A stretch of 64,000 nt of DNA from a virus: positions 1 through 64,000 of IMG/VR virus record IMGVR_UViG_3300028549_003076; one strand, 5' to 3'. The notes under the pieces are model-generated. The model saw only the letters and a list, made by a program, of their open reading frames with translations, did no database searches and was not told where the DNA came from. Made by a program: the position numbers and the translations under genes. Shown piece after piece: positions 56,010-64,000 of the stretch. Each line of letters opens with the position of its first letter. The first letter of the stretch is position 1.

Positions 56010-57179
56010 ATGAAATATCAAATTGTTAACAATTCAGGTCAAGTTGAAAATTTTTCAAAATTTTATCCATATCTTAATAAATTTTTATTTGAGAATGGAG
56101 ATTTTGTTGAAAGTAGAAATGGTAATACAAAAGAAGTTTTAAATTTCAAAACAGAAGTTTTGAATCCATATAAAAGATGCGTTGGTAATAATGAAAGAAA
56201 TATTAATATTTTCTTTTTACTTGCTGAAGCAATGTGGATTTGGACAGGGAAAAAAGATGTAAAATTTTTAGAAATTTTTAATACTCAAATGAAGGAATAT
56301 TCAGATGATGGTAAAAATTTTCATGCTCCTTATGGTTTTAGAATGAGACATTATGGTGTATCATCATTTGATAACATTAGACCTACAAATGAAGAAAATA
56401 ATCATGCAGTGAGTCAATTAACCACTGGAATAGACCAAATTGAACTATCACTTGAAGAATTAAATAAAAATCCTGAGTCAAGGAGAGTTGTAATTTCAAT
56501 TTGGAATGCTGAATTAGATTTATGTAAAATATCAAAAGATTTACCATGTAATGATTTATTGATGTTGAAAATAAGAAATGGTAAATTACATTCAACAATA
56601 TCAAATAGGAGTAATGATTTACATTGGGGATTACCTACAAATATTTTCCAATTCAGTTTTGTTACAGAAATCATGACAAAAATTCTTGGTATTGAATTAG
56701 GTACTCAAACTCACAATTCACAATCACTACATTTTTATTTAGAAAATCCAATTGCTGATAATATGTATTCAAATATTCAAATTCAGCCAAACTTTACAGA
56801 TTTGTATGATATTTCTGAACCTTTGAAAATTGATATGAACTTTTTTGATTGCTTAACAATTCAACAAAAAATAAAAAAAGTAGATTATTTCATGAATTTA
56901 ATAATAAATTCAATATTGAATGATGAAAAGATTGAAACAATAAAAATAGGTGAATTAAAAAACTTTTCAAGTTATTTGCTTTTTGTTTATCATTTACTTT
57001 GGATTTATAAGGATTATAAGTTTTCTAAAAAAACTGATGTTTTGAGAGCAAAAAATATTCAAGCAATCAAAGAAATTTTTTCAAATGATTTTGGAGGTAC
57101 TGATATTTATACATTAGCACTTAATTTTTTTGCATCAAAGTTAGAAAATAATAATGATAACATAATTGGAAAATTGTAA
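56010..57179 (+). CDS. thymidylate synthase (ThyA) family enzyme, dUMP-type pocket, with ~140-aa C-terminal extension (candidate dUMP hydroxymethylase)
   Basis: NPESRRVVISIWN, catalytic Cys in DLPCNDLLMLK, NRSNDLHWGLPTNIFQF (Asn at the position that is Asp in dCMP hydroxymethylases), SQSLHFYLEN. Confidence 0.7.
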   Translation: MKYQIVNNSGQVENFSKFYPYLNKFLFENGDFVESRNGNTKEVLNFKTEVLNPYKRCVGNNERNINIFFLLAEAMWIWTGKKDVKFLEIFNTQMKEYSDDGKNFHAPYGFRMRHYGVSSFDNIRPTNEENNHAVSQLTTGIDQIELSLEELNKNPESRRVVISIWNAELDLCKISKDLPCNDLLMLKIRNGKLHSTISNRSNDLHWGLPTNIFQFSFVTEIMTKILGIELGTQTHNSQSLHFYLENPIADNMYSNIQIQPNFTDLYDISEPLKIDMNFFDCLTIQQKIKKVDYFMNLIINSILNDEKIETIKIGELKNFSSYLLFVYHLLWIYKDYKFSKKTDVLRAKNIQAIKEIFSNDFGGTDIYTLALNFFASKLENNNDNIIGKL

Positions 57180-58369
57180 TGGGTGATTTGCAAAAATGGA
57201 TTGATAAAAATAATATAATTTGCCAAAATGAAGATGGGTTAATAACTATTGAGAATTTTGGCAAATTCTTATTTATACAAGAAAAAAATGGTAAAATAAT
57301 CAGTGATGATTATTCAATAATTTTAACAGATGATGAGTTTGATTTTATTGAAGAAAATAAAATTGAATTTGTATTATTTAAGTGGGGAACAAGATTTTAT
57401 TATTGTGAAACTTCAAAAAGAAAAAAGAATGAATATAATGAAGAAGTAATAATACCAAAATTTAATAATTTTAGAAATATTGGAAATTATGAATCAAACT
57501 TTAAAGAAATTGATTTTGTAAACCTATCAATACATACAGGATATGAGCTACTTAATGGAAGTGGTGATGCTCAAGATTATGTAAATAAAGCATATTTTTT
57601 TAAACAAAAAAGTTTAGCAATTTCTGAAAAAAATACATTAGCAGGAACTTTATCATTTCAATTATCTTGTGATAAAAAAGGAATAAAATCAATACTTGGA
57701 CAAACAATAACTGTTGCTTATAATTATAATGAAAAAGATGAACATCATGATTTATATGAATTAAAATTATATGTAAAAGATAAAACAGGTTGGCAAAATT
57801 TATTGAGAATATCAAAACAAATAAATGTAGATTTTGCTTCATTCATACCTTTTGATAATTTAAAAAATCATACAAAAGGTTTAATTTGCGTTATTCCTTT
57901 TGATAGTTATTTTAACAAAAATATTGAAAACAAAAAATCAAAAATAGAATTAAAGAAACTTCAAGAACTTTATGATGAATGTTTCTATCAGATTGATTTT
58001 ACAGAATTTAATGATGACTCATTAGATATTGAAAGATTGAATAAAATAAAGTATTATTTTAACAATTATTATAAAAAAATACAACCTGTATATATTGAAG
58101 ATGTTTTTTATGTTGACTCAATAGATAGTGATGTAAAGTCATTATTAAATAAAGTTGATAGGAAAGCAATACCATCATCAAAAAATCAATATTTAAAATC
58201 TATTGATGAAATCATTGAAAAATACTATGATCTATTCAGTGATGAAAATAATAATATATCAAAATTTTTCAAATCAATAAATAATACAAAAAAATATCTG
58301 AACTTTGTAATTTTAGAATTGATACTGGAAATCATAAATTACCAAAATTTGAAGTTGAAGACACTTTGA
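57179..58369 (+). CDS. dnaE: DNA polymerase III alpha (DnaE-type), N-terminal part: novel ~110-aa extension + degenerate PHP domain
   Basis: FVNLSIHTGYELLNG aligns with the DnaE PHP start (FvHLHvHS.YSlLDG) but lacks the HxH histidines. The ORF loses homology after ...NNTKK at the A7 tract. Confidence 0.75.
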   Translation: MGDLQKWIDKNNIICQNEDGLITIENFGKFLFIQEKNGKIISDDYSIILTDDEFDFIEENKIEFVLFKWGTRFYYCETSKRKKNEYNEEVIIPKFNNFRNIGNYESNFKEIDFVNLSIHTGYELLNGSGDAQDYVNKAYFFKQKSLAISEKNTLAGTLSFQLSCDKKGIKSILGQTITVAYNYNEKDEHHDLYELKLYVKDKTGWQNLLRISKQINVDFASFIPFDNLKNHTKGLICVIPFDSYFNKNIENKKSKIELKKLQELYDECFYQIDFTEFNDDSLDIERLNKIKYYFNNYYKKIQPVYIEDVFYVDSIDSDVKSLLNKVDRKAIPSSKNQYLKSIDEIIEKYYDLFSDENNNISKFFKSINNTKKYLNFVILELILEIINYQNLKLKTL

Positions 58370-60747
58370 AACTTTATAGTGAATTAGTTGAGGATGGTTT
58401 CAATAGGAAAGTAAAAAATGAATTCAAAGGTGATAAAGAAAAAATAAAACTTTACAGAGCAAGACTTGATGAAGAGAATGATGTAATTGTAGGTGCAGGA
58501 TTTGTTGATTATTTCTTAATACTTTGGGATATTATCAAATGGGCAAAGGAAAGTGATATATTAGTTGGGCCAGGACGTGGTTCTGTGGGTGGTTGTTTGA
58601 TTGCTTATTTATTAGATATAATAGAGATTGACCCAATCCAATATAATCTTTTATTTGAGCGTTTTTTAAATAAAACAAGGGTGAGTGGTGAAAGAGCAAA
58701 AGCAGCTGATTCACTTCCAGATATTGATATTGACTTTGAAGGAAGTAGAAGACAAGATGTGAAAAGATATATTGAACAAAAATACGGTTTAAATTTTGTT
58801 TGTTCAATTGGGACGTATGCAAGACTGAAAACAAAATCAGCAATAAAAGATTTTGCACGTGTAAAAGGATTAGATTTTCAAAAAGTTAATTTTGCAACAC
58901 GTGAGATACCAGATGATGTAGATTATGATTGGTCAGATTTATTTACAAATGGTTTAAAGAAAAAAGTTTTAAAAGACTTTGTTCAGGAAAATGTTGATAT
59001 TTGTGAAATAATGAAAGCACCACTTGGACAACCACGTTCATCTTCAATACACCCATCAGCAGTAATCATAGTTCCAAAACAAGATGAAGATGGAAATGAA
59101 GTTGAGATTTACGATTGGATGCCAATAAAGAAAATTGATGGACAAATTGTTTCAGAGTGGGAAGGAAAATATATAGACAGAGCAGGTTTTTTGAAGGAAG
59201 ATATTCTTGGTATAGCACAACTTGATAAATTTAGATATATTTTAAATTTAATTCATGAAAATTATAATGAAAAAATAAACTTAAATAAAATTCCTATTTA
59301 TGATGAAAAGGTTTTTGAGTATTTTTCAAATGGTTGGAATGAAGATGTTTTTCAATTTGGAACTTATGGTTTGAAAAGTTATTCAATCAGAGTGAAGCCA
59401 GACAATATTGAAGATTTAATTTCAATGAATGCTTTGTTTCGTCCTGGCCCAATGGATTCAAAAGCACATGATACTTTTGTTGAAATAAGGAGAGGAAAAA
59501 AGAAACCAGAGTTTGATTATGGCTTAAAAGAAGTTACAAAAAACACTATGGGGTTGTATATCTATCAAGAGCAAGTAATGCAAGCAGTACATGTTCTTGG
59601 TAAATTAACATTATCTGAAGCAGATGAATTAAGAACTGCAATCAAAAAATTTGACAAAGTAAAAATGCAATCAGCAATGGAGAAATTTCTTCAAGGTGCT
59701 CAAGATAATGGTTGTTCATTAAAGGAGGCAAATAAAATATGGGACAAATTAAATGCTTTCAGTAGTTATGGTTTTAATAGGTCACACGCTGCTGCATATT
59801 CATTAATGGGTTATTGGAGTCAATGGTTAAAAGTACATTATCCTTTGGAATTTTTTACAGCAAGTTTAAATTTTGCTGATGAAAAAATTGAAATTCCAAA
59901 TAGAATTTCTGAAATAAAGAAAATAAGAAATGGAATAAAAGTTGCTGGTGCTGATATTAATAAGTCAGACATAAGATTTACATCAGACATAAATTTAAAG
60001 AAAATTTATTGGTCACTTACAAAAATAAAATTTGTTGGTGAGGTTGCTGTTAAAGTTATTCTTGAGGAAAGAAAAAATGGAAACTTTTTTTCAATTGAAG
60101 AATTTTACAAAAGGATAAATAAAACAAAAGTTAATAAAAAAACAATGTTGTGTTTAATACTTGCTGGAGCATTTGATGAGGTAGGTAGTGAAAATGTTTC
60201 TATGGAAAATCACAACAAACCAAGAAATAGATACAATTTATTGAAAGCATTTTTTGATTTAAGAAACGAAAAAATTCCTGATGATATTGAGAATGATAAG
60301 TATAAAAACATGAATTGGTTTTGGATAAAAAGACAAAAGGAATTAACAGGTCATGGCGATATTGACTATAAAATTTTAGTTAGAAAAAAATGGCCAAATG
60401 AAAAATTTGCATCAAAAATGTATATTGATGGAGATGATTTTACAAATAAAGTTTTAGAAAAAACTGAATCAAGAAAAGTGATATTAGCAGGAGTAATTTT
60501 TTCTTTAAAAAAGAAAATGTCTAAAAATGGAGAATATGCTTTGATTGAATTACAATGTAATAATTCAATAATAATTGTACATCTTTGGAATGATTATTGG
60601 GACAATAAAAAATTCAAATCAAAGTTATTAGAATTGGAAATAAATAAAAAAATGTTTGCAATATCTGGAGTTATGAAATTTGATAGTTGGAAAAACAAAA
60701 ATGTTTGTTTTGTAGATGATGAAACAAAAATAATAGATTTAATATGA
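58366..60747 (+). CDS. dnaE: DNA polymerase III alpha (DnaE-type), polymerase core and C-terminal domains
   Basis: GFVDYFLILWDIIKWAKESDILVGPGRGSVGGCLIAYLLDIIEIDPIQYNLLFERFLN...LPDIDIDF and FNRSHAAAYS are hallmark DnaE motifs. Homology in this frame already begins at 58294 (ISELCNFRIDTGNHKLPKF), upstream of any start codon. Confidence 0.9.
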   Translation: MKLYSELVEDGFNRKVKNEFKGDKEKIKLYRARLDEENDVIVGAGFVDYFLILWDIIKWAKESDILVGPGRGSVGGCLIAYLLDIIEIDPIQYNLLFERFLNKTRVSGERAKAADSLPDIDIDFEGSRRQDVKRYIEQKYGLNFVCSIGTYARLKTKSAIKDFARVKGLDFQKVNFATREIPDDVDYDWSDLFTNGLKKKVLKDFVQENVDICEIMKAPLGQPRSSSIHPSAVIIVPKQDEDGNEVEIYDWMPIKKIDGQIVSEWEGKYIDRAGFLKEDILGIAQLDKFRYILNLIHENYNEKINLNKIPIYDEKVFEYFSNGWNEDVFQFGTYGLKSYSIRVKPDNIEDLISMNALFRPGPMDSKAHDTFVEIRRGKKKPEFDYGLKEVTKNTMGLYIYQEQVMQAVHVLGKLTLSEADELRTAIKKFDKVKMQSAMEKFLQGAQDNGCSLKEANKIWDKLNAFSSYGFNRSHAAAYSLMGYWSQWLKVHYPLEFFTASLNFADEKIEIPNRISEIKKIRNGIKVAGADINKSDIRFTSDINLKKIYWSLTKIKFVGEVAVKVILEERKNGNFFSIEEFYKRINKTKVNKKTMLCLILAGAFDEVGSENVSMENHNKPRNRYNLLKAFFDLRNEKIPDDIENDKYKNMNWFWIKRQKELTGHGDIDYKILVRKKWPNEKFASKMYIDGDDFTNKVLEKTESRKVILAGVIFSLKKKMSKNGEYALIELQCNNSIIIVHLWNDYWDNKKFKSKLLELEINKKMFAISGVMKFDSWKNKNVCFVDDETKIIDLI

Positions 60748-61340
60748 AAAATTTTTTTAGTGAAATACTTTTTGACCAAGATTTTGACCAATTAAATAAT
60801 ATGGTTAGATGGAATGGTGTTAATAGGATAAAAGATGAAACTGTTGCTCATCATTCATTTATGGTTACTTGGTTTACAAGATTAATAGTTGAAGAAGTAT
60901 TTACAGATAATACTCCAAAACTTATAGCGACAACTTATTCAATATTTCATGATTTTGATGAAATATTTACAGGTGATATTTTACATACATTAAAGTATAA
61001 TGATATAAATGGAGAGCAAATAAAAAATGAATTAGATTTATATTTAAAAAGTAGAATTAACCACAAATTTCCAATCAATACAACCAAAACTAATGATTTA
61101 TTGAATAATACTTTACTAAAAAAAGATATACCAATATACATATCTAAAATAGTGAAAATTTCGGATTGGTTATCAATGCAATTTTATCTTCAAAAGGAAA
61201 TTGATTTAGGTAACAGAAGTGTTATTCCTTTAAGGGAATATTGTATTGAGCAATTAAAAAAATCAATACAAAGTTGTTTAGTTGAATTAGAAAATCAAAA
61301 TGAATATATTGTTAATTTAAAAATCTTTAAAAATGAGTGA
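60744..61340 (+). CDS. HD-domain 5'-deoxynucleotidase (YfbR-like)
   Basis: RWNGVNRIKDETVAHHSFMV ... IFHDFDEIFTGDILHTLKY parallels E. coli YfbR (RW......EnVsEHS..VA...mYHDasEvltGDlPtPvKY). Confidence 0.65.
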   Translation: MKNFFSEILFDQDFDQLNNMVRWNGVNRIKDETVAHHSFMVTWFTRLIVEEVFTDNTPKLIATTYSIFHDFDEIFTGDILHTLKYNDINGEQIKNELDLYLKSRINHKFPINTTKTNDLLNNTLLKKDIPIYISKIVKISDWLSMQFYLQKEIDLGNRSVIPLREYCIEQLKKSIQSCLVELENQNEYIVNLKIFKNE

Positions 61341-61620
61341 TTTAATAAAAAAACTTGAAGAGTCAAACAGGTCAAAATATGGTGAAAAGGAGTTTGACCA
61401 AATTTCTGAAAATTATAGAATAAATAAGGAAAGTGGCGACATCTGGTGTGCTGAAAATGTTAAAAGATACCTAAACAGATTCAAACGTCTTGGAAGTACC
61501 AAAGCAAATAATCTTACAGACTTATATAAAGCAAAGGATTATTTAGAACGTATGATTGAACACAATGAAAAACTTCAAAATAATTCTGAAGAAGTTATTG
61601 AAAATTTTAAACAACAATAA
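61333..61620 (+). CDS. hypothetical protein
   Basis: 95-aa ORF. No motif recognised. Confidence 0.5.
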   Translation: MSDLIKKLEESNRSKYGEKEFDQISENYRINKESGDIWCAENVKRYLNRFKRLGSTKANNLTDLYKAKDYLERMIEHNEKLQNNSEEVIENFKQQ

Positions 61621-61622
61621 TC

Positions 61623-62156
61623 ATGACAAAAAAATTAGTTTTCACAATAGGTGATAGAATGGTTAAATTTAAAATGGAAGAATTTCAAGACAATGTTGAT
61701 ATTGACAAACTTTTGAAAATTGACTATGGTAATTTAGTTGCTGAGTTAATAACATTTCCTGTTATACTTAATAAAATAGGGATACTTGACGCTGAAATGA
61801 GTAATGAATTAAGATTAGCAAAATTAAATTTTGAAATAAGAACAGCAAAACTTTCAAATGAGTTGCGTGAAAAATTAACTGATGAAGATGAAAAAGGGAA
61901 AGTTAAGAAACCAACTGTTGCTGAATTAGAAGATGCTTTGACTTCAAACAAAGTTTATATAAAATATCAAAAAGATTATTTTGAAAGTCAAAAACAAAAA
62001 GATTATATCAGCTCAATATATAATGCTGCAAAATCAAAATCTGACAAACTTGATAAACTATCTTTAACATTGAGAGCTGGTGATATTGATGAGCAATTAG
62101 TACAAAAACAATTCAATAATCTTTATTACAAAATAAAGAAAAATGAAGATGAATAA
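61623..62156 (+). CDS. hypothetical coiled-coil protein (position compatible with a UvsY-like mediator; not supported by motifs)
   Basis: 177-aa helical, charged ORF immediately upstream of the SSB-like and RecA-like genes. Confidence 0.4.
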   Translation: MTKKLVFTIGDRMVKFKMEEFQDNVDIDKLLKIDYGNLVAELITFPVILNKIGILDAEMSNELRLAKLNFEIRTAKLSNELREKLTDEDEKGKVKKPTVAELEDALTSNKVYIKYQKDYFESQKQKDYISSIYNAAKSKSDKLDKLSLTLRAGDIDEQLVQKQFNNLYYKIKKNEDE

Positions 62157-62181
62157 TAATCAATAATTAAATTTTATAACA

Positions 62182-63345
62182 ATGGCAAAAAAAGTAACGG
62201 ATACAAAATCCAAAAAATCTGATTCAGGAGGCAATTCAAAATTAGATGAATTGCGCAAAAAAATGAAAAAAAATGCACCATCTTTAAAAGCAATAAAAAA
62301 GCAAAATGATGAAGATGATGCAGTTGTAGGTACAAAAGGAAATAGTGAATTTCTTGAATTTGTAGATGGTAAAACTGTAAAATTTAGATTTTTACCACCT
62401 CACAATGATGATATGAAAAATTTCTTTTTATTAAGAAAAAGATATTGGCTACCATTTGAAAAACAAGATGGTTCAATGAGTAGAACAACAGTCCTTGATT
62501 CAATCAGACATGGTGGAACTGAAAAGGATATTTGTGATGAGTTTATCAAACTTGCAAAAAAATTAAACAAGGGTGATGAGAAAAAACTCAAAAAAGTAAC
62601 AGATGCCTATAATAATGGATTAGCAGCAGAACACATGTGGTTGGCTTATGCTATCTCAATTTTAGGTGAGAAACGTGAACTTGGAATTTTACCTTTCAAA
62701 AAAACTGTTCGTGATGAAATTAACAAAATAAATTTTGTTGAAGAAGATGATGAACCAGTTGAAGCAGTAGATACTTTTACAGGTGAGGGTTATCCTTTAT
62801 TGGTTAAATATAACTCAAAACCAAACAAGAAAAAAGGTGAAGAGTATTACACTTGCAATCTTGGTAAAAATGTTGTTGAATTAACAGATGATGAAATTTT
62901 AAAATGGGGTGATGCCAAACCACTTGATGAAATTTATCTTAACTGCTATACAATGTCAGATTTTGAAAGAGCACTTGAAGGATTGAGAATATTCGATGAA
63001 GAAAATGAACTTGGTGTTTTTGATGATGATAGATGGGAGGAAATTGTAGAGGAAGTGAAAGCTCAATATGAAGATAGTGAAGAAGATGATGATGAACCTA
63101 AAAAATCTTCAAAAAAGAAACCATCAAAACCTGCTGCAAAGAAAAAAGTTGAAGAGGAAGACGATGATGACGATGATGACGATGATGACGATGATGACGA
63201 TGATGACGATGATGAATCAGAAGATGACGATGATGACGATGATGAATCAGAAGATGACGATGATGACGATGATGACGATGATGACGATGATGATGCTTTG
63301 AAACGTATCAAAGATAAGTTAAAAAATTCAAAATCAAAAAAGTAA
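62182..63345 (+). CDS. gp32-like single-stranded DNA-binding protein with poly-Asp tail
   Basis: GKTVKFRFLPPHNDD parallels T4 gp32 GQAVIRFLPSKNDE. Basic N-terminus. Extreme acidic C-terminal tract followed by a short basic end. Confidence 0.55.
   Translation: MAKKVTDTKSKKSDSGGNSKLDELRKKMKKNAPSLKAIKKQNDEDDAVVGTKGNSEFLEFVDGKTVKFRFLPPHNDDMKNFFLLRKRYWLPFEKQDGSMSRTTVLDSIRHGGTEKDICDEFIKLAKKLNKGDEKKLKKVTDAYNNGLAAEHMWLAYAISILGEKRELGILPFKKTVRDEINKINFVEEDDEPVEAVDTFTGEGYPLLVKYNSKPNKKKGEEYYTCNLGKNVVELTDDEILKWGDAKPLDEIYLNCYTMSDFERALEGLRIFDEENELGVFDDDRWEEIVEEVKAQYEDSEEDDDEPKKSSKKKPSKPAAKKKVEEEDDDDDDDDDDDDDDDDDDESEDDDDDDDESEDDDDDDDDDDDDDDALKRIKDKLKNSKSKK
63160..63294 (+). repeat. coding microsatellite-like repeat ((gacgatgat)n with two gatgaatcagaagat interruptions)
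   Basis: Directly visible 9-nt periodicity encoding the poly-Asp tail of the SSB-like protein. Confidence 0.85.
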
Positions 63346-63362
63346 TCATTTTAACAAAACCC

Positions 63363-63399
63363 AAAGCCAGTTGTATAAATAATTACTGCTGGCTTTTTT
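63363..63399 (+). terminator. rho-independent terminator
   Basis: aaagccag...ctggcttt stem (18-nt loop) followed by a T run. Confidence 0.6.
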
Positions 63400-63413
63400 A
63401 ATATTAATAAATT

Positions 63414-64000
63414 ATGAAAGGTATTATTGAAAAATTAGTTAGTAAATTCAATTCAGATGATGCTGTAAAATTTTCTGAAAAGGATAATTTTAAAGAAAAT
63501 AAAAGTTGGGCATCGACTGGTTGTCCAGAACTTGAATACAATCTTGGCATACTTGGTTTACCAACAGGAATAATTGAAATCGCAGGAGTATCACGCTCTG
63601 GTAAAACAACACTTGGACTTGTTGCAATGTCAAATTTCTTAAAAAAGGAAAAGGATGGTATTGCAATTATACTATCATCTGAAAATCGTGATAATAAGGA
63701 TTATGCTGTCAGATTAGGAATTGACCCAGAACGTGTAATGATTTTGAAAATTAGATATGTTGAAGACATGTTTATGAAAGTTAAAAAAATAATTACAGAC
63801 ACAAAAGATATTTTTCAATCTGAAAAACTTGGAACTCCAAAATTCTTTTTTCTTTGGGACAGTTTAGGTGCAACACTATCAAAAGCAGAACTTGACACTA
63901 TGGAAGAAAATACAGACATGATGGAAAAGAAAATGGCAAAAGGTGAAGAATTAGAAAAAATGAAACATGAAAAATTAGGAGCATTTGCTAAACCAGCAAA
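63414..64000 (+). CDS. RecA/UvsX-like recombinase (5' partial, continues beyond the window)
   Basis: My own translation from the ATG at 63414: ...LGLPTGIIEIAGVSRSGKTTLGLVAM...FFFLWDSLGATLSKAELD. This parallels the RecA Walker A and B regions. No stop before nt 64000. Confidence 0.75.
   Translation, partial: MKGIIEKLVSKFNSDDAVKFSEKDNFKENKSWASTGCPELEYNLGILGLPTGIIEIAGVSRSGKTTLGLVAMSNFLKKEKDGIAIILSSENRDNKDYAVRLGIDPERVMILKIRYVEDMFMKVKKIITDTKDIFQSEKLGTPKFFFLWDSLGATLSKAELDTMEENTDMMEKKMAKGEELEKMKHEKLGAFAKPA

Noticed and set aside
58282-58369. Intron, intein or genuinely split two-subunit DnaE as the explanation for the two dnaE ORFs
   Set aside because: Conserved DnaE residues are contiguous across the junction once a single -1 shift is applied. 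No inserted sequence is present. The downstream part has no start codon before homology begins.
63063-63311. Minus-strand poly-Ser ORF and + strand MMT-repeat ORF (63068-63301)
   Set aside because: Artefacts of the (gacgatgat)n microsatellite that encodes the SSB poly-Asp tail.
1-64000. tRNA genes, CRISPR arrays, integrase/transposase or other mobile elements
   Set aside because: By-eye inspection of every gap over 40 nt found only hairpin terminators, promoter-like boxes and coding tandem repeats. I saw no cloverleaf-like T-loop/D-loop strings, no spaced direct-repeat arrays and no recombinase motifs. A tRNAscan/Infernal run would be needed to be certain.

Overview
Very AT-rich window in which every credible gene lies on the + strand; the minus-strand ORFs are all short and nested. 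It reads as most of the genome of a tailed dsDNA phage with a contractile (myovirus-type) tail. Gene order: possible small terminase and large terminase (20-2088). Then a ~7 kb block of small and highly charged proteins, including a split aGPT-Pplase-like DNA-hypermodification gene. Then portal (9507), a fibre-like repeat protein, and a lysis cassette (M15 endolysin, membrane proteins/holin, overlapping spanin-like pair; 13.6-15.8 kb). Next come a MuF-like head protein, a PIG-L deacetylase plus GT-B glycosyltransferase, an AAA+ ATPase and a kinase-like/ART-like fusion. Prohead protease-scaffold and major capsid protein follow (23.2-26.2 kb), then connector genes, sheath, tube, chaperone pair and tape measure (30.0-35.1 kb), and baseplate and fibre genes to 48.1 kb. 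The final module is replication and nucleotide metabolism: SF2 helicase, ANT-domain protein, DnaB-like helicase, primase, sigma-like factor, acidic protein, ThyA-family enzyme, DnaE-type polymerase, HD nucleotidase, gp32-like SSB, and a RecA/UvsX-like gene that runs off the window end. Most starts lack a Shine-Dalgarno sequence and two intergenic boxes resemble Bacteroidota TAnnTTTG-type promoters, so a flavobacterial host is a guess only. Most notable observations: (1) dispersed genes that together look like a thymidine replacement/hypermodification pathway: an aGPT-Pplase-like gene with one in-frame TGA, a dUMP-type ThyA homologue with a long C-terminal extension, a YfbR-like dNMP nucleotidase, and possibly the GT + deacetylase pair. 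(2) Two genes, one of them the replicative polymerase, that can only be read through a -1 shift on A_AAA_AAA / A_AAA_AAG heptamers; this is either programmed slippage or homopolymer miscalls. (3) Enzymes and charged proteins near the head genes that share short modules, suggesting capsid-packaged injected effectors. (4) A recurrent ACAAGTAT(T/A)A box at gene boundaries, together with a gp55-like minimal sigma factor. I recognised no tRNA, rRNA, CRISPR array, integrase or transposase.
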